Shown: positions 18,714-29,170 of the stretch, piece by piece
Layout: every line of letters begins with the position of its first letter
How positions within the stretch are numbered: position 1 is the stretch's first letter
Origin: Candidatus Cloacimonadota bacterium
Lineage (GTDB): Bacteria; Cloacimonadota; Cloacimonadia; Cloacimonadales; WRIO01
Reading direction: 5' to 3'
DNA length: 57,776 nucleotides
Assembly: GCA_029564175.1 (NCBI GenBank)
Contig: JAKQQL010000149.1
Coordinates: 1 to 57,776 of the forward strand
Notes under the pieces: model-generated
What the model saw: only the letters and a program-made list of their open reading frames with translations
The model's database searches: none
What the model was told of the DNA's origin: nothing
Made by a program: the position numbers and the translations under genes

Positions 18714-19742
18714 ATGAAAAAATACCTTTTTATAATACTCAGCTTAAGCATGATCATCTTGGCATGCGGGAAAAAAGAAGTTGTAAAAGCTTCCAGTATG
18801 GAAGATTTGTATAAAGAACAAGGCGTACCTGTAAAAGTTCAAACGGTAGAATCTCAAGAATTCAATAAACAAAACACATATAACTGCGTTTTAAGCGGTA
18901 TTCAGGAAACACCTGTGTACGCAATGGTCGGTGATCAGGTAGAGAAGATTCATGTAAAGATTGGATCTCATGTTAAAAAAGATCAAATCATTATGGAATT
19001 TCCGGTTAGCAATCCTTCAGCCAGCTACAGACAGGCACAAGCTGCATTTACTTTAAGTAAACAAACCTATGACAGAATGAAAAATCTATACAAAAGTGGC
19101 GGAGTGGCTAAGCAGGATTTGGACGGGGCTGAAACTCAGTATAAAGTGAATGAAGCTAATTTGGAAGCAGTTCAACAGGCTGTCAAAGTGAAAGCACCTA
19201 TTGACGGTATCATAACGGATATTAATGTTAAAACTGCCCAAAAGGTTAATCCAGGTGACTTACTCTGCACTGTAGCTCAACTTTCCAGTTTAAAAGGTCG
19301 TATCTGGCTGACTGAAAGTGAAATCATCTATGCAAAAACGGGTATGCCATTAACACTAAACTGGAACAATCAGACATTCAATGGAAAGATCTCTGATATT
19401 GCGTTATCCATGAACCCGGATAAAAAGGCATTTGGTGTGGATATAATTGTCAATAACGTAAAAAATCAGTTAAAGAGTGGTATCAATGGTGAAGTCCTTA
19501 TCAATCTGGTCAAAAAATCCAGCAGTATAATGATACCAAGAAATCTGATTCAAAAAGATGAAAACCAAAAGCAGTATGTTTATCTCGCTGATAATGGTAA
19601 AGCAGTAAAACAGTACGTTGAGACCGGTCTTGAGAATAATCTTGATATAGAAATCATCAATGGATTAAAGTCTGGAGATATACTCATCATTGAAGGTTAT
19701 AATATCGTTGAGCCTGATCAGAAGATCAATGTAATTCATTAA
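18714..19742 (+). CDS. RND efflux periplasmic adaptor (MFP)
   Basis: Lipobox IILA-C; VKAPIDGII; V.TGL...IEI..GLKSGD. Confidence 0.9.
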   Translation: MKKYLFIILSLSMIILACGKKEVVKASSMEDLYKEQGVPVKVQTVESQEFNKQNTYNCVLSGIQETPVYAMVGDQVEKIHVKIGSHVKKDQIIMEFPVSNPSASYRQAQAAFTLSKQTYDRMKNLYKSGGVAKQDLDGAETQYKVNEANLEAVQQAVKVKAPIDGIITDINVKTAQKVNPGDLLCTVAQLSSLKGRIWLTESEIIYAKTGMPLTLNWNNQTFNGKISDIALSMNPDKKAFGVDIIVNNVKNQLKSGINGEVLINLVKKSSSIMIPRNLIQKDENQKQYVYLADNGKAVKQYVETGLENNLDIEIINGLKSGDILIIEGYNIVEPDQKINVIH

Positions 19743-19751
19743 GAGGTCAAT

Positions 19752-22700
19752 ATGTTTTTATCAAAATTATCTGTTAACAGGCCGGTCACTATTACTATGC
19801 TGATCATGGTATTTGTTGTCTTTGGTGCGATGGCGTACTTTGGACTTGCCTATAACCTGATGCCGGATGTTAAAATACCGGTTGTTTCAATTCAGACTAT
19901 TTACGGTGGTGCCGGTCCCGAAGAAATTGAAACTCAGATATCCAAAAAGGTAGAAGATGCCGTCGCCACAGTCAGCAACATTGATTACATTCAGTCTTAC
20001 TCAATGGAAAATGTCTCCTATGTTATCATTAGTTTTAAACAGGGAAAAGATGTTGATATTGCCAACCAGGAAGTAAAAGATAAAGTAGATGCCATTCTGA
20101 ACGATTTACCTGACGATGCACAAAAACCAGTAGTATCAAAATTTGACATATCTGCAACACCTGTTATGAATCTGGTGTTGAGTGGAGAACAATCTCTTCT
20201 GGAACTTAACGATTATGCCGAAAATACCTTAAAAGACAGACTTTCTCAGATCCCGGGAGTAGGACAGATTGAACTGGAAGGTGGTCAGAATCGTGAAATT
20301 CAGGTCAAACTGGATGATCAAACTGTGTTTCAAAACTCCGTTTCAATCAATCAGCTCTCTCAGGTGTTAGCTGCATACAATCTGGATTTACCTGCCGGAC
20401 AGTTTAAATCCGGCAATCAGGAGATTTCAGTCAAAGTCAAAGGTCAGTATAACACTGCGGATGATATCAGTAATCTAGATGTACCTACTGCCACTGGTCT
20501 TAAAAAACTGAATCAAATTGCCGAAGTGAAGGATTCAGGTGAAGAAGTCAGAAAGAGATCCACCTATTTCAATGTAAAAGGTCAGATCAAAAATGATAAT
20601 GTGATTCGTATCAATATCATAAAAAGTTCAGACGGTAATCCGGTCGCTATATCAAAAGCATTAAGAAAACAGTTACCTGGAATTATAGAAGGTTTACCTA
20701 AAGGAATGAGCCTTGATATTGTGGATGACACCTCCATATTTGTGGAAAGCTCTGTTTCAGACACTCTGAGCAATATCTATCTGGGTGTTTTTCTTACGGG
20801 TCTGGTACTTTTGTTTTTCCTTTATGATTTAAGATCAACCATTATTGTTGCAGTTTCGATGCCTGTATCCATTATTGCTACCTTTTCACTGATGAAATTA
20901 GCAGGTTTTTCCATGAACATCATGAGTTTGTTAGGTCTTTCTACCTCGGTAGGTACTTTGGTTACAAATTCAGTTGTCGTACTGGAAAATATTTTCAGAC
21001 ATAAGAATATGGGAAATAACAGGAAAGATGCTGCTCAGATTGGTACCTCTGAAATCGCTATAGCTGTATTGGCTTCAACCCTTACCAATGTAGTCGTTTT
21101 TGTTCCAATTGGATCAATGAGCTCTATTGTCGGGCAGTTCTTCAAAGAATTTGCATTGACCGTAACTTTTGCCACAATGTTTTCAATTATCATTTCTTTT
21201 ACTTTGACTCCTATGCTGGCATCAATTATGCTCCCTGAGAAACAAAAAACAAATAAAATTGGTATTGCTCTGGAAAACATGTTTAAAAGATGGGAAAATT
21301 TCTACCAGAGTATTCTTGTTAACACCATGAAGAAAAAAAGAAGAAGTACTATGGTATTAGTAATATCATTCTTACTTTTCTTAAGCAGTCTGTTTGTGGC
21401 GTCTAAGATTGGCTTTGAATTCATGCCAACTATGGATGAAGGCAATATTAAAATAAATGTAGAATTACCTCAGGGCTATACATTGAATGAAACCGCAAAA
21501 GTACTAACACAGATTGAGAACAGAATATCTCAACATAAAGAAGTAAAACATATCCTTACAACACTGGGAAGTAAAGGGTCTATGGATCAGGGATTAAATA
21601 TGTCTTACTCAAATGTAAAACTGGTTGATTCAAAAGAAAGAAAGATAAATACTCAGACATTGGCTGATCAATTGATTAAAGAATTATCCACAATTCCTAA
21701 CGCAAATATTAAAGTAAAGGTACAATCCTCTGCCGGAGTGGTTGACAGAGGAGAACCAATAACCCTCTATTTATCAGGTCAGGATAACAAAAAACTGGAA
21801 GAGATTAAAACCATAATCGTTAATAAGATTAAAGATGTTCCTGGCTTGATTAATCTTGATACCAGTACCCGCTCAGGTAAATCTGAACTGATCATAAAAC
21901 CACGACTCTATGATTTGTTACAGTCTGGCTCCAATGTTGCAGAATTAGCACTTGGGCTACGTGCTGTAATGGAAGGCAGTGTAACGACTCAGCTCAAAGA
22001 AAATAACAATGAATATGATATTAAAGTAACTCTTGATGAAACATCCTATAACAGCATTGAAAAAATAAACAACATTACAATAGTCACAGCAACAGGGTCA
22101 TACCGTCTTAGTCAGCTGGCTGATGCTTATTTTGAAGAAGGGGTTAACAAGGTAATTCGCAGAGATAAGGTTAAAACAATAGAAATAACAGGTTCTCCTG
22201 CTGTCGGGGTACCATTGGGTAATGTTACAAAAGAAATAGACAAACGACTCGGAAAAGTAAAATTCCCTTCAGGTTACTCCTATAAATGGGGTGGGGATTC
22301 TGAAATGATGAATGAAGCCGTTACAGATATGGCAAGAGCAGCCTTACTTGCAATTCTCTTAACCTATATGTTGTTGGCAGCTATTCTGGAGAGTTTTATT
22401 CAGCCTTTGTTAATATTATCAACAGTACCACTTGCCTTAATCGGCGTGTTCTATGTTCAGTATCTTTCCGGTCTGACCATGAATATATTTTCTATGATGT
22501 CTATCATTATGCTGGTAGGTATTGTGGTTAATAATGCAATTTTGATTCTGGATTATACGAATCAGTTAATACATACCGGTTTGACGGTTCATGATGCCTT
22601 AATAAAAGCCTGCCCTACAAAATTAAAAGCGATTTTAATGTCAAACATATCCATTATTTTGGGAATGTTGCCAATGGCATTGGGAATCGGTTCTGCCGGC

Positions 22701-22817
22701 AAAGAATTCAGACAGGCAATGGGTGTGGTCAGTATTGGTGGTCTTATCGCTTCAACACTGCTGACACTACTGGTGATTCCAACCCTGTACTATGTAACAA
22801 CAAAAAATAAAGTTTAA
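19752..22817 (+). CDS. RND efflux permease (AcrB/AcrD/AcrF family)
   Basis: 1021 aa; SVNRPV; GAGPEEIE; IVVNNAILILD; LPMALG.G; two TM bundles. Confidence 0.95.
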   Translation: MFLSKLSVNRPVTITMLIMVFVVFGAMAYFGLAYNLMPDVKIPVVSIQTIYGGAGPEEIETQISKKVEDAVATVSNIDYIQSYSMENVSYVIISFKQGKDVDIANQEVKDKVDAILNDLPDDAQKPVVSKFDISATPVMNLVLSGEQSLLELNDYAENTLKDRLSQIPGVGQIELEGGQNREIQVKLDDQTVFQNSVSINQLSQVLAAYNLDLPAGQFKSGNQEISVKVKGQYNTADDISNLDVPTATGLKKLNQIAEVKDSGEEVRKRSTYFNVKGQIKNDNVIRINIIKSSDGNPVAISKALRKQLPGIIEGLPKGMSLDIVDDTSIFVESSVSDTLSNIYLGVFLTGLVLLFFLYDLRSTIIVAVSMPVSIIATFSLMKLAGFSMNIMSLLGLSTSVGTLVTNSVVVLENIFRHKNMGNNRKDAAQIGTSEIAIAVLASTLTNVVVFVPIGSMSSIVGQFFKEFALTVTFATMFSIIISFTLTPMLASIMLPEKQKTNKIGIALENMFKRWENFYQSILVNTMKKKRRSTMVLVISFLLFLSSLFVASKIGFEFMPTMDEGNIKINVELPQGYTLNETAKVLTQIENRISQHKEVKHILTTLGSKGSMDQGLNMSYSNVKLVDSKERKINTQTLADQLIKELSTIPNANIKVKVQSSAGVVDRGEPITLYLSGQDNKKLEEIKTIIVNKIKDVPGLINLDTSTRSGKSELIIKPRLYDLLQSGSNVAELALGLRAVMEGSVTTQLKENNNEYDIKVTLDETSYNSIEKINNITIVTATGSYRLSQLADAYFEEGVNKVIRRDKVKTIEITGSPAVGVPLGNVTKEIDKRLGKVKFPSGYSYKWGGDSEMMNEAVTDMARAALLAILLTYMLLAAILESFIQPLLILSTVPLALIGVFYVQYLSGLTMNIFSMMSIIMLVGIVVNNAILILDYTNQLIHTGLTVHDALIKACPTKLKAILMSNISIILGMLPMALGIGSAGKEFRQAMGVVSIGGLIASTLLTLLVIPTLYYVTTKNKV

Positions 22818-22862
22818 TCTTTATAAATTCCTCTCATTGCGATTAATCGCAAATCTCTCCTC

Positions 22863-22887
22863 AAACGGGTCTGAAAAGACCCGTTTT
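22863..22887. terminator. Intrinsic terminator between convergent genes
   Basis: AAACGGGTCT-GAAA-AGACCCGTTTT. Confidence 0.75.
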
Positions 22888-22936
22888 GCATGAGAAAAAC
22901 AATGTTAATTTCTAATAGGTCTTTTTTAAAAAGATA

Positions 22937-24052
22937 CTATTTTAACCCTTCTATTAATGATAAGAATATCTTTTTGCTGGTTTCAGCATTTAATTCTTGG
23001 GCTGCTATGTGGGCATTTTCTTTAAATCGTTGAATATCTGCTTTCGTAAGTGACCTGATCTCTTTTACAATCTGTTCAACTTCAAAATTACTGGTAGCGA
23101 AACCACATTCATACTGCTCAACGATTCGTTTCATTTCGGGGGAAGGACCTATTATTACTGCTAACCTTGCCTGAATAAAATCGAAAAGTTTGTTAGGGAG
23201 GCAGTAAATATCATTGAAAGAATCTGATTTTAGAAAGTAAAACCCTACGTCATAGGTATTTAGAACGGGTATGATTTGATCAATATCTAATGGATCATGA
23301 ATATGGATATTATCAATTTCTGAGGTTAAATCTTTTAAACCGGCAAGATATGCTTCATTACGTGCAAGCAGATAAAAATCTAGAGAATAACGATGACCCA
23401 ATAGTTTTACAACTTCTATCATTAATTCAATATTTCTTCCGGGTAAGGCAACTCCATGATGAACCATTCTGATAAGTGGCTTATCGTTATTTGATATCTC
23501 TATGTCTGAATATTGGGGCATATTCATAATAACATTCGGGTTTAGTTTAAAATGCTTATGATATTCATTGGCAATAGCTTGACCTATCGTTAACATTATA
23601 TCTGCTTTAGGAGCATATCTTTGAGTTAGATAATTCATGTAATCATGAAAGAAAAACATCCATTGTTTATTATTATCATGTTCTCTGGGGTAATACTCGT
23701 GAGCATCGTAGAGAAGTTTTGCCTTATTCTGTATCCTTATTGCCAATGGTAGAGTGTAGATGTCATTTGCGATAATCAGATCATATTCTGTATTTTGAAG
23801 TTTATTAAATGCAAGTCTGTTGACTGGCAAAAGCCAGTAATATAAAAGATAAAGTTTGAGTTTTAGTAAAATGCAGCCAATAAGTTTGATATGGAAAGGA
23901 AAATTGTCTTCAATTGATATATGTTTGATTTGCTGATCATTTAATTTTCCAAAAGAGAGTAATGTTATTTTGTGATTGTTAAGCCATGAGAGTTGCTTTA
24001 AAACTCTTGCATCTCGGACAATGTTAGAATAGACAATAATTAATATTTTCAT
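22937..24052 (-). CDS. Glycosyltransferase (GT4-like)
   Basis: DARVLKQ; IIAND..TLPLA; LYDAHEYY; LPNKLFDFIQARLAV; typical of capsule/LPS GT4 proteins. Confidence 0.85.
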   Translation of the reverse strand: MKILIIVYSNIVRDARVLKQLSWLNNHKITLLSFGKLNDQQIKHISIEDNFPFHIKLIGCILLKLKLYLLYYWLLPVNRLAFNKLQNTEYDLIIANDIYTLPLAIRIQNKAKLLYDAHEYYPREHDNNKQWMFFFHDYMNYLTQRYAPKADIMLTIGQAIANEYHKHFKLNPNVIMNMPQYSDIEISNNDKPLIRMVHHGVALPGRNIELMIEVVKLLGHRYSLDFYLLARNEAYLAGLKDLTSEIDNIHIHDPLDIDQIIPVLNTYDVGFYFLKSDSFNDIYCLPNKLFDFIQARLAVIIGPSPEMKRIVEQYECGFATSNFEVEQIVKEIRSLTKADIQRFKENAHIAAQELNAETSKKIFLSLIEGLK

Positions 24053-24060
24053 GAATCTCT

Positions 24061-26832
24061 TTACTTAATCAACAATATTTTGTGTGTTTCTACTTTATCG
24101 TCTGTTTTTAATCTGACAAAGTAAACTCCACTGCTTTGTTTTTTATTGTTTGAATCAAGCCCATCCCATTGTATCTGATGATTTCCTGTACTTAAATTTT
24201 GTCTAATCAGATTTTTCACCTTTTGACCTTTAATATTATAAATTGATAAGTCCACTTTTGATGAATGTTTTAGACAAAAATTGATTGTTGTTGAAGGATT
24301 AAAAGGATTTGGATAACTGCTTAAGGTTTTTAATGTTACTTGAGGCTCTTCGGTTGACAGCATCTGATTCAGGTTTTGTAAGAAAATACATTGGATACCT
24401 GGAGTGTCTTGATAAGTTGTTTTCGATATAATATAGTAATTTGAACCATTAGTTGTCAGTATATCATAGACATTGGATACAGTGATTGAGTTGATATCAT
24501 AGTATGAAAAATAGTTGTTTGCCAAAGCCAGATTCTTGTTGACAATTACCAAATCATCTTCACTTTTAAAAATGATATTCAGATTCTGATTAGCCATTAT
24601 GAATCTGCTTAAACTGAAGCAGGATTGAACTAAGTTATTATTGATCTCCTCAATATAATCAGTAATTAGACTGTTATTTTCAATATTGATTTTTTTAAGT
24701 TTAAAATTATTGTCTCTATATGCCATATAAAGACTGTCATTAAAATAAACAATATAATTTTGAGAAGAAAGATTAGTTGAAACAATGTATGGATTTGTAA
24801 TGATTAAATCATTGTTATTTAGAGAAAGCATGATAATTTGTAAGTATGTATTAATACCAATATTATTCAAATATGATACAATAATGCGATTATCTGAAGA
24901 ATATATTTTTAGTTCTTTTGAATCAATACTAACATCAGATAGTAAAATCTCCTGATTTTCAGGGTAGATGGGGTCAGCCTCATTGTTAAATATATAGATA
25001 TAAAAAGCATTGTTCTTTTTATAAAGCATCACATTATTACTGATACTGATGAGAGAAGCTTCACTTACAACCAGCTTTCCACTGATGTTAAATGCTGGAT
25101 TGTTATCAGGGTTAATTTTTTGACAGTAGATATTGTTGTTTGCCTGCCAAAATAGCAGGGGTTGTGTATAATGATTAGATACAATAAAATCTTTTGTGTT
25201 GTCGGAAGTAAACTGACAAGCTAGGTATCTGCTTGTCCCTGTTGCAGAAGCTTGATAACAATGAATAAAATACTCATTGCTAATCTTAGATAAATAAGCA
25301 AAAATTGAATTGTCAAAACCATTGAAAGCTTTAAGGTAATCAAAATAGATTACTTTATCTGTTTGTAAGGGGAGCTTTACTGGATTAGGATAAATACTGT
25401 CGAAGTTATTCAAAGATTGGTAATAAACATCAACACCACATCCTTTAAATGAGCTAAACAGGATATTATATACATTATCTCCGTAATTGGTTTTAATATT
25501 GAGTGGATTGTATAGGTAGATATCACTGTTTAAAAACTTAGGGGTTTCCAGTAAATCATTACCCTGTTCAGAGAAGATTTTAAATTTTAGGAAATTTCTG
25601 TAATTTGCCCAAACAACCAGAATTTTGTTTTGATTATAATCACAAATAAACTTTGAATCAGAAGGCATATCACTAACAGTTTGTTCAGAAATCAGATCTC
25701 CCGTTTCAGTGAATATCTTGAGTTTTAGAGAATTGACACTTCCTTCTGTGAATGGGTAAGTGATTGCTATATCTCCCTGAGAATTTGAACTTGTAGAAAA
25801 ATGAGAATAATAAGCATCAATGATTCCCTGATAAGCTTCAATACCAGAGCTATTCCATAAAAGATTACCTTCAGAATTGATTTTGTACAACATGCCTGAA
25901 GATTGATTATTATTATAATTTTTATAAAACACAGATGCAAAGATTCCTTGATTTGAATCTTTCTTAAACAAAAACTTTTCTACATCAATACTACCGTTTA
26001 ATGGAAGTAATGTATTCCATTCATTTGAAAAATTAGAATTTAACTTAGATATATAGATATCATTACCATTTATATTGTTGTAAATGATGTAAATACAATC
26101 ATCTTCTGTGAGCATATTGATTTGCTCAATAGTAAATGGATAGGTATTTTGGTTTATGAGAGATTTGGTTAGTTGAGGAGTAATCTTATAGTATTTTAGA
26201 TTATTGTCTGAATGGGTCATAAATGTAAGATTTTCTTGAGGAATTGTATTAAGTTTACAGTTTGTAATACCGTAAGAGTTCATTGAACTTAATAAGGTTC
26301 TGTTATCGTTATAATGAGCAAATTGCATTTCTCCCTGATCGGTGTTATGCCAGACTAGAAAGACTCCCTGATTGGTATCGGGTACTGATTTCAGGTATGT
26401 TACATTACCAGTATAAGAAACAGGTGTGATCCTTTTAGCCTGTTCCCATAATACTAGCCCATTTTGAGATATTTTCTGAAGTTTAACGGTAGAATTATAA
26501 TTTGATACAGACCAGGTAACATAAATATTATGATCTGTATCCATACTGACATGATAATTTGTTATATCTCCAATATAAGTAGAATCAAGCAGAACTCCCT
26601 GGTCGCCCAATAACAGATTACCCTCAAAATCTAGAAATTGCAAAAAAAGGTAAGTAGATTGTTCAAAATTCTTAGTATAACAAATAACATTCAAGCTGTC
26701 TTTTACAAGATTATTAAAATTCCAGGACAAGTTACTCTGCTCTTCTGTTACAATATCAAGAGGATATTCCTGGCAGAAAATGGGAGTGCTCATCATAAAA
26801 ATAAAAATCAACCAAAACATTGTCTTTTTCAT
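24061..26832 (-). CDS. Secreted surface protein with C-terminal FlgD-Ig / T9SS-type-A-like sorting domain
   Basis: Signal peptide; repeated (Q/Y)KIxxxGxLLW-like motifs; C-terminal YPNPFNPSTTINF..IYNIKGQKV..WDG..SGVYF..K.LLIK. Confidence 0.85.
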   Translation of the reverse strand: MKKTMFWLIFIFMMSTPIFCQEYPLDIVTEEQSNLSWNFNNLVKDSLNVICYTKNFEQSTYLFLQFLDFEGNLLLGDQGVLLDSTYIGDITNYHVSMDTDHNIYVTWSVSNYNSTVKLQKISQNGLVLWEQAKRITPVSYTGNVTYLKSVPDTNQGVFLVWHNTDQGEMQFAHYNDNRTLLSSMNSYGITNCKLNTIPQENLTFMTHSDNNLKYYKITPQLTKSLINQNTYPFTIEQINMLTEDDCIYIIYNNINGNDIYISKLNSNFSNEWNTLLPLNGSIDVEKFLFKKDSNQGIFASVFYKNYNNNQSSGMLYKINSEGNLLWNSSGIEAYQGIIDAYYSHFSTSSNSQGDIAITYPFTEGSVNSLKLKIFTETGDLISEQTVSDMPSDSKFICDYNQNKILVVWANYRNFLKFKIFSEQGNDLLETPKFLNSDIYLYNPLNIKTNYGDNVYNILFSSFKGCGVDVYYQSLNNFDSIYPNPVKLPLQTDKVIYFDYLKAFNGFDNSIFAYLSKISNEYFIHCYQASATGTSRYLACQFTSDNTKDFIVSNHYTQPLLFWQANNNIYCQKINPDNNPAFNISGKLVVSEASLISISNNVMLYKKNNAFYIYIFNNEADPIYPENQEILLSDVSIDSKELKIYSSDNRIIVSYLNNIGINTYLQIIMLSLNNNDLIITNPYIVSTNLSSQNYIVYFNDSLYMAYRDNNFKLKKINIENNSLITDYIEEINNNLVQSCFSLSRFIMANQNLNIIFKSEDDLVIVNKNLALANNYFSYYDINSITVSNVYDILTTNGSNYYIISKTTYQDTPGIQCIFLQNLNQMLSTEEPQVTLKTLSSYPNPFNPSTTINFCLKHSSKVDLSIYNIKGQKVKNLIRQNLSTGNHQIQWDGLDSNNKKQSSGVYFVRLKTDDKVETHKILLIK

Positions 26833-27044
26833 GTCTCCTCCTATTATTTTAATGTAAGAATAATATATTTTATCAAGCTTGTCAAGATAAAAATTATAAA
26901 AAATAATAAAATGAAATGAGTATCATTTCTTTTTATCCTTCTTCAGAAAAAAATTCAGATACGTTTTGAAAAAATAGATATTGAATTAAGTTAGAAAATA
27001 TGTAACTGAATGAAAAATAATGAGATAAAAAAAAGATGAACGAA

Positions 27045-27060
27045 TGGCACAGCCCTTGCA
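27045..27060 (+). promoter_or_regulatory. Sigma54 (-24/-12) promoter of flagellar operon
   Basis: TGGCAC-AGCCC-TTGCA, a perfect RpoN consensus ~150 bp upstream of flgI. Confidence 0.85.
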
Positions 27061-27147
27061 ATCAAGTAAGCTGATGATAGAGTGAACACACAGCACAGCT
27101 TAGCACCTCGAAAAAATATATGGGGACGCCCATCCGGTTCGGTATTT

Positions 27148-27170
27148 AGGGGAAACACTTTCCCCTTTTT
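27148..27170 (+). terminator. Terminator-like hairpin in flgI leader
   Basis: AGGGGAAA-CAC-TTTCCCCT followed by TTTT. Confidence 0.55.
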
Positions 27171-27205
27171 ATTTTAACTAAATGAAAAGAGAAATGGAGA
27201 AAAAA

Positions 27206-28285
27206 ATGAAACGATTAACTTTACTCGCCGCTTTCATCCTGATAATACTTAGTTTATCAGCACAAAGCCGATTAAAGGACATTTCTGCCTTTTCTGGAAT
27301 AGAAACAAAAGAATTAATTGGTTATGGTTTAGTTGTTGGTCTTCAGGGTACTGGGGATGGCAGCAGCTCTCAGATGACGATTCAATCGATTATGAATATG
27401 CTTGAACACTTTGGTATCAGTGTTCCAATCAACAAGATTCGTCCAAACAATGTAGCTGCTGTGATGGTTACTGCGACGATGCCTCCCTTTATGAGAACTG
27501 GTTCACGTTTTGATGTTAATGTTTCTTCGATAGGTGATGCCAAGAGTCTTGAAGGGGGTGTGTTGATCATGACTCCATTGATTGGACAAGATAACAAAAA
27601 ATATGCTTTAGCTCAGGGACCTGTATCATTTGGTGGTTTTAATGAAGAGATTAAGAATACTAAAATGAGAAAAAATTACACAAATGTAGGCAGAATTCCA
27701 AATGGGGCTACTCTAGAACAGGAAATACCTAATACCATGCTCCAAAATGGGGAATTAAGCCTGATATTAAACCAGGCAGATTTCACAACTGCTCAAAAGA
27801 TAGTCAGTGCGATTAACAGTACCTATCGTGGGCGAATTGCTACAGCTGAAGATGGTAGAAGCATCAGTATAGCTGTTCCTGATTCTGTCATTGTTCGCAA
27901 TAATCTGATTGGTTTCATTTCAACAGTTGAAAACCTGAGAGTGAATCCGGAACAAGCTGCTAAGGTGGTAATCAATGAACGTACCGGTACGATCGTTGCC
28001 GGAGGTAATATCCGTATCAATGAAGTAGCTATTGCTCATGGAAATCTGGTGATTCAGGTGGAAAGCCAGGTTCAGAAAGTGAGTGCTGGTCCTTTTGCTT
28101 CAGAAAATGAAACAACAACCGTAAGTGTTAAAGAAGATGCCCGTGTTTTAACAATGAAAACTGCTACCGTAGAAGATCTGGCACGTGCATTAAACAGTAT
28201 AAAAGTCTCTCCTAGAGATATGATTTCAATTTTCCAGTCGATTAAAGAAGCCGGCGCATTACAGGCAGAATTAAAGATTTTATAG
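27206..28285 (+). CDS. flgI: Flagellar P-ring protein
   Basis: SRLKDI; LIGYGLVVGLQGTGD; NVAAVMVTA; SSIGDAKSLEGG; VVINERTGTIV; AGALQAEL. ATG 27206 follows GGAG. Confidence 0.96.
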   Translation: MKRLTLLAAFILIILSLSAQSRLKDISAFSGIETKELIGYGLVVGLQGTGDGSSSQMTIQSIMNMLEHFGISVPINKIRPNNVAAVMVTATMPPFMRTGSRFDVNVSSIGDAKSLEGGVLIMTPLIGQDNKKYALAQGPVSFGGFNEEIKNTKMRKNYTNVGRIPNGATLEQEIPNTMLQNGELSLILNQADFTTAQKIVSAINSTYRGRIATAEDGRSISIAVPDSVIVRNNLIGFISTVENLRVNPEQAAKVVINERTGTIVAGGNIRINEVAIAHGNLVIQVESQVQKVSAGPFASENETTTVSVKEDARVLTMKTATVEDLARALNSIKVSPRDMISIFQSIKEAGALQAELKIL

Positions 28286-28295
28286 TGGAGTTATC

Positions 28296-29153
28296 ATGTT
28301 AGATCTGAGTATCAAAGATTTCAAAAACGTTTACAGTCAACAATCTGCTACACAGAAACTGGAAAAGGCAGTTAATCTGAAGGATTCAGCACTATCCAGT
28401 GATGCAAAGATTGAAGAAGTCGCAAACGAATTTGAAAAAATGATGTTCAAAATGATGTTCAAAGAAATGACCGATTCATTGGAATCTGGTGGTTTTTTTG
28501 GTTCAGAAGCCGGTGCTGATTTTTACCAGGATATGTATATGGATAACATTACTTCCATGATGAGTAAAAATCAGTCTCTCGGATTATCTGATATGATTGT
28601 CAGACAGTTAAAAAATGACTATTCTTCAATGCCTAAATCAGGGTCAAAACCTATCCTTCAAAAAGAAGTTGTTATCAATCAGGATCCAATTGTACAGGAA
28701 AATATTTCAGCTGTCAGCCCAAGAACTGTCAGACAGCCACAGGTTGTTGAAGCACCAAAGACACTGATGGACAGATTGACTCAGTATGAACCCATTATAG
28801 AAAAAGCGGCGAATACATATAATCTGGATAAGAATCTGATTAAAGCCGTTATCGCACAGGAAAGTTATGGTAATGCTAAAGCAACTTCTCCGGTAGGTGC
28901 AAAAGGTCTGATGCAGTTAATGGATGGTACAGCCAGAGATTTAGGGGTTAAAAATCCTTATAATCCGGAAGAAAATATTATGGCTGGTGCAAAATATCTT
29001 AAACAGCAACTGGATACCTTCAAATCAAAAGAGCTTGCTTTGGCAGCATATAACGCCGGACCTGGAAACGTTCAAAAGTATGACGGAATTCCTCCGTTTA
29101 AAGAAACTCAAAATTACGTTCGCAATGTAATGCGATATTTTAAAAGTTTATAA
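28296..29153 (+). CDS. flgJ: FlgJ-type rod-binding domain fused to lytic transglycosylase (SLT)
   Basis: N-terminal EEVANEFEKMMFKMMFKEM..GLSDMIVRQL; C-terminal QESYG..SPVGAKGLMQLM..LAAYNAGPG..PPFKETQNYV. Confidence 0.82.
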   Translation: MLDLSIKDFKNVYSQQSATQKLEKAVNLKDSALSSDAKIEEVANEFEKMMFKMMFKEMTDSLESGGFFGSEAGADFYQDMYMDNITSMMSKNQSLGLSDMIVRQLKNDYSSMPKSGSKPILQKEVVINQDPIVQENISAVSPRTVRQPQVVEAPKTLMDRLTQYEPIIEKAANTYNLDKNLIKAVIAQESYGNAKATSPVGAKGLMQLMDGTARDLGVKNPYNPEENIMAGAKYLKQQLDTFKSKELALAAYNAGPGNVQKYDGIPPFKETQNYVRNVMRYFKSL

Positions 29154-29170
29154 AAAAGAAGGAGATCATT

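Noticed and set aside
22837..22852. Perfect palindrome TTGCGATTAATCGCAA after the RND gene
   Set aside because: Single copy between convergent genes with no promoter context; cannot be assigned as an operator.
27061..27170. c-di-GMP-I riboswitch in the flgI leader
   Set aside because: GGGACGC is present, but the GGCAAACC / GAAA tetraloop / GCAAAGC arrangement is not; kept only as an unassigned leader.
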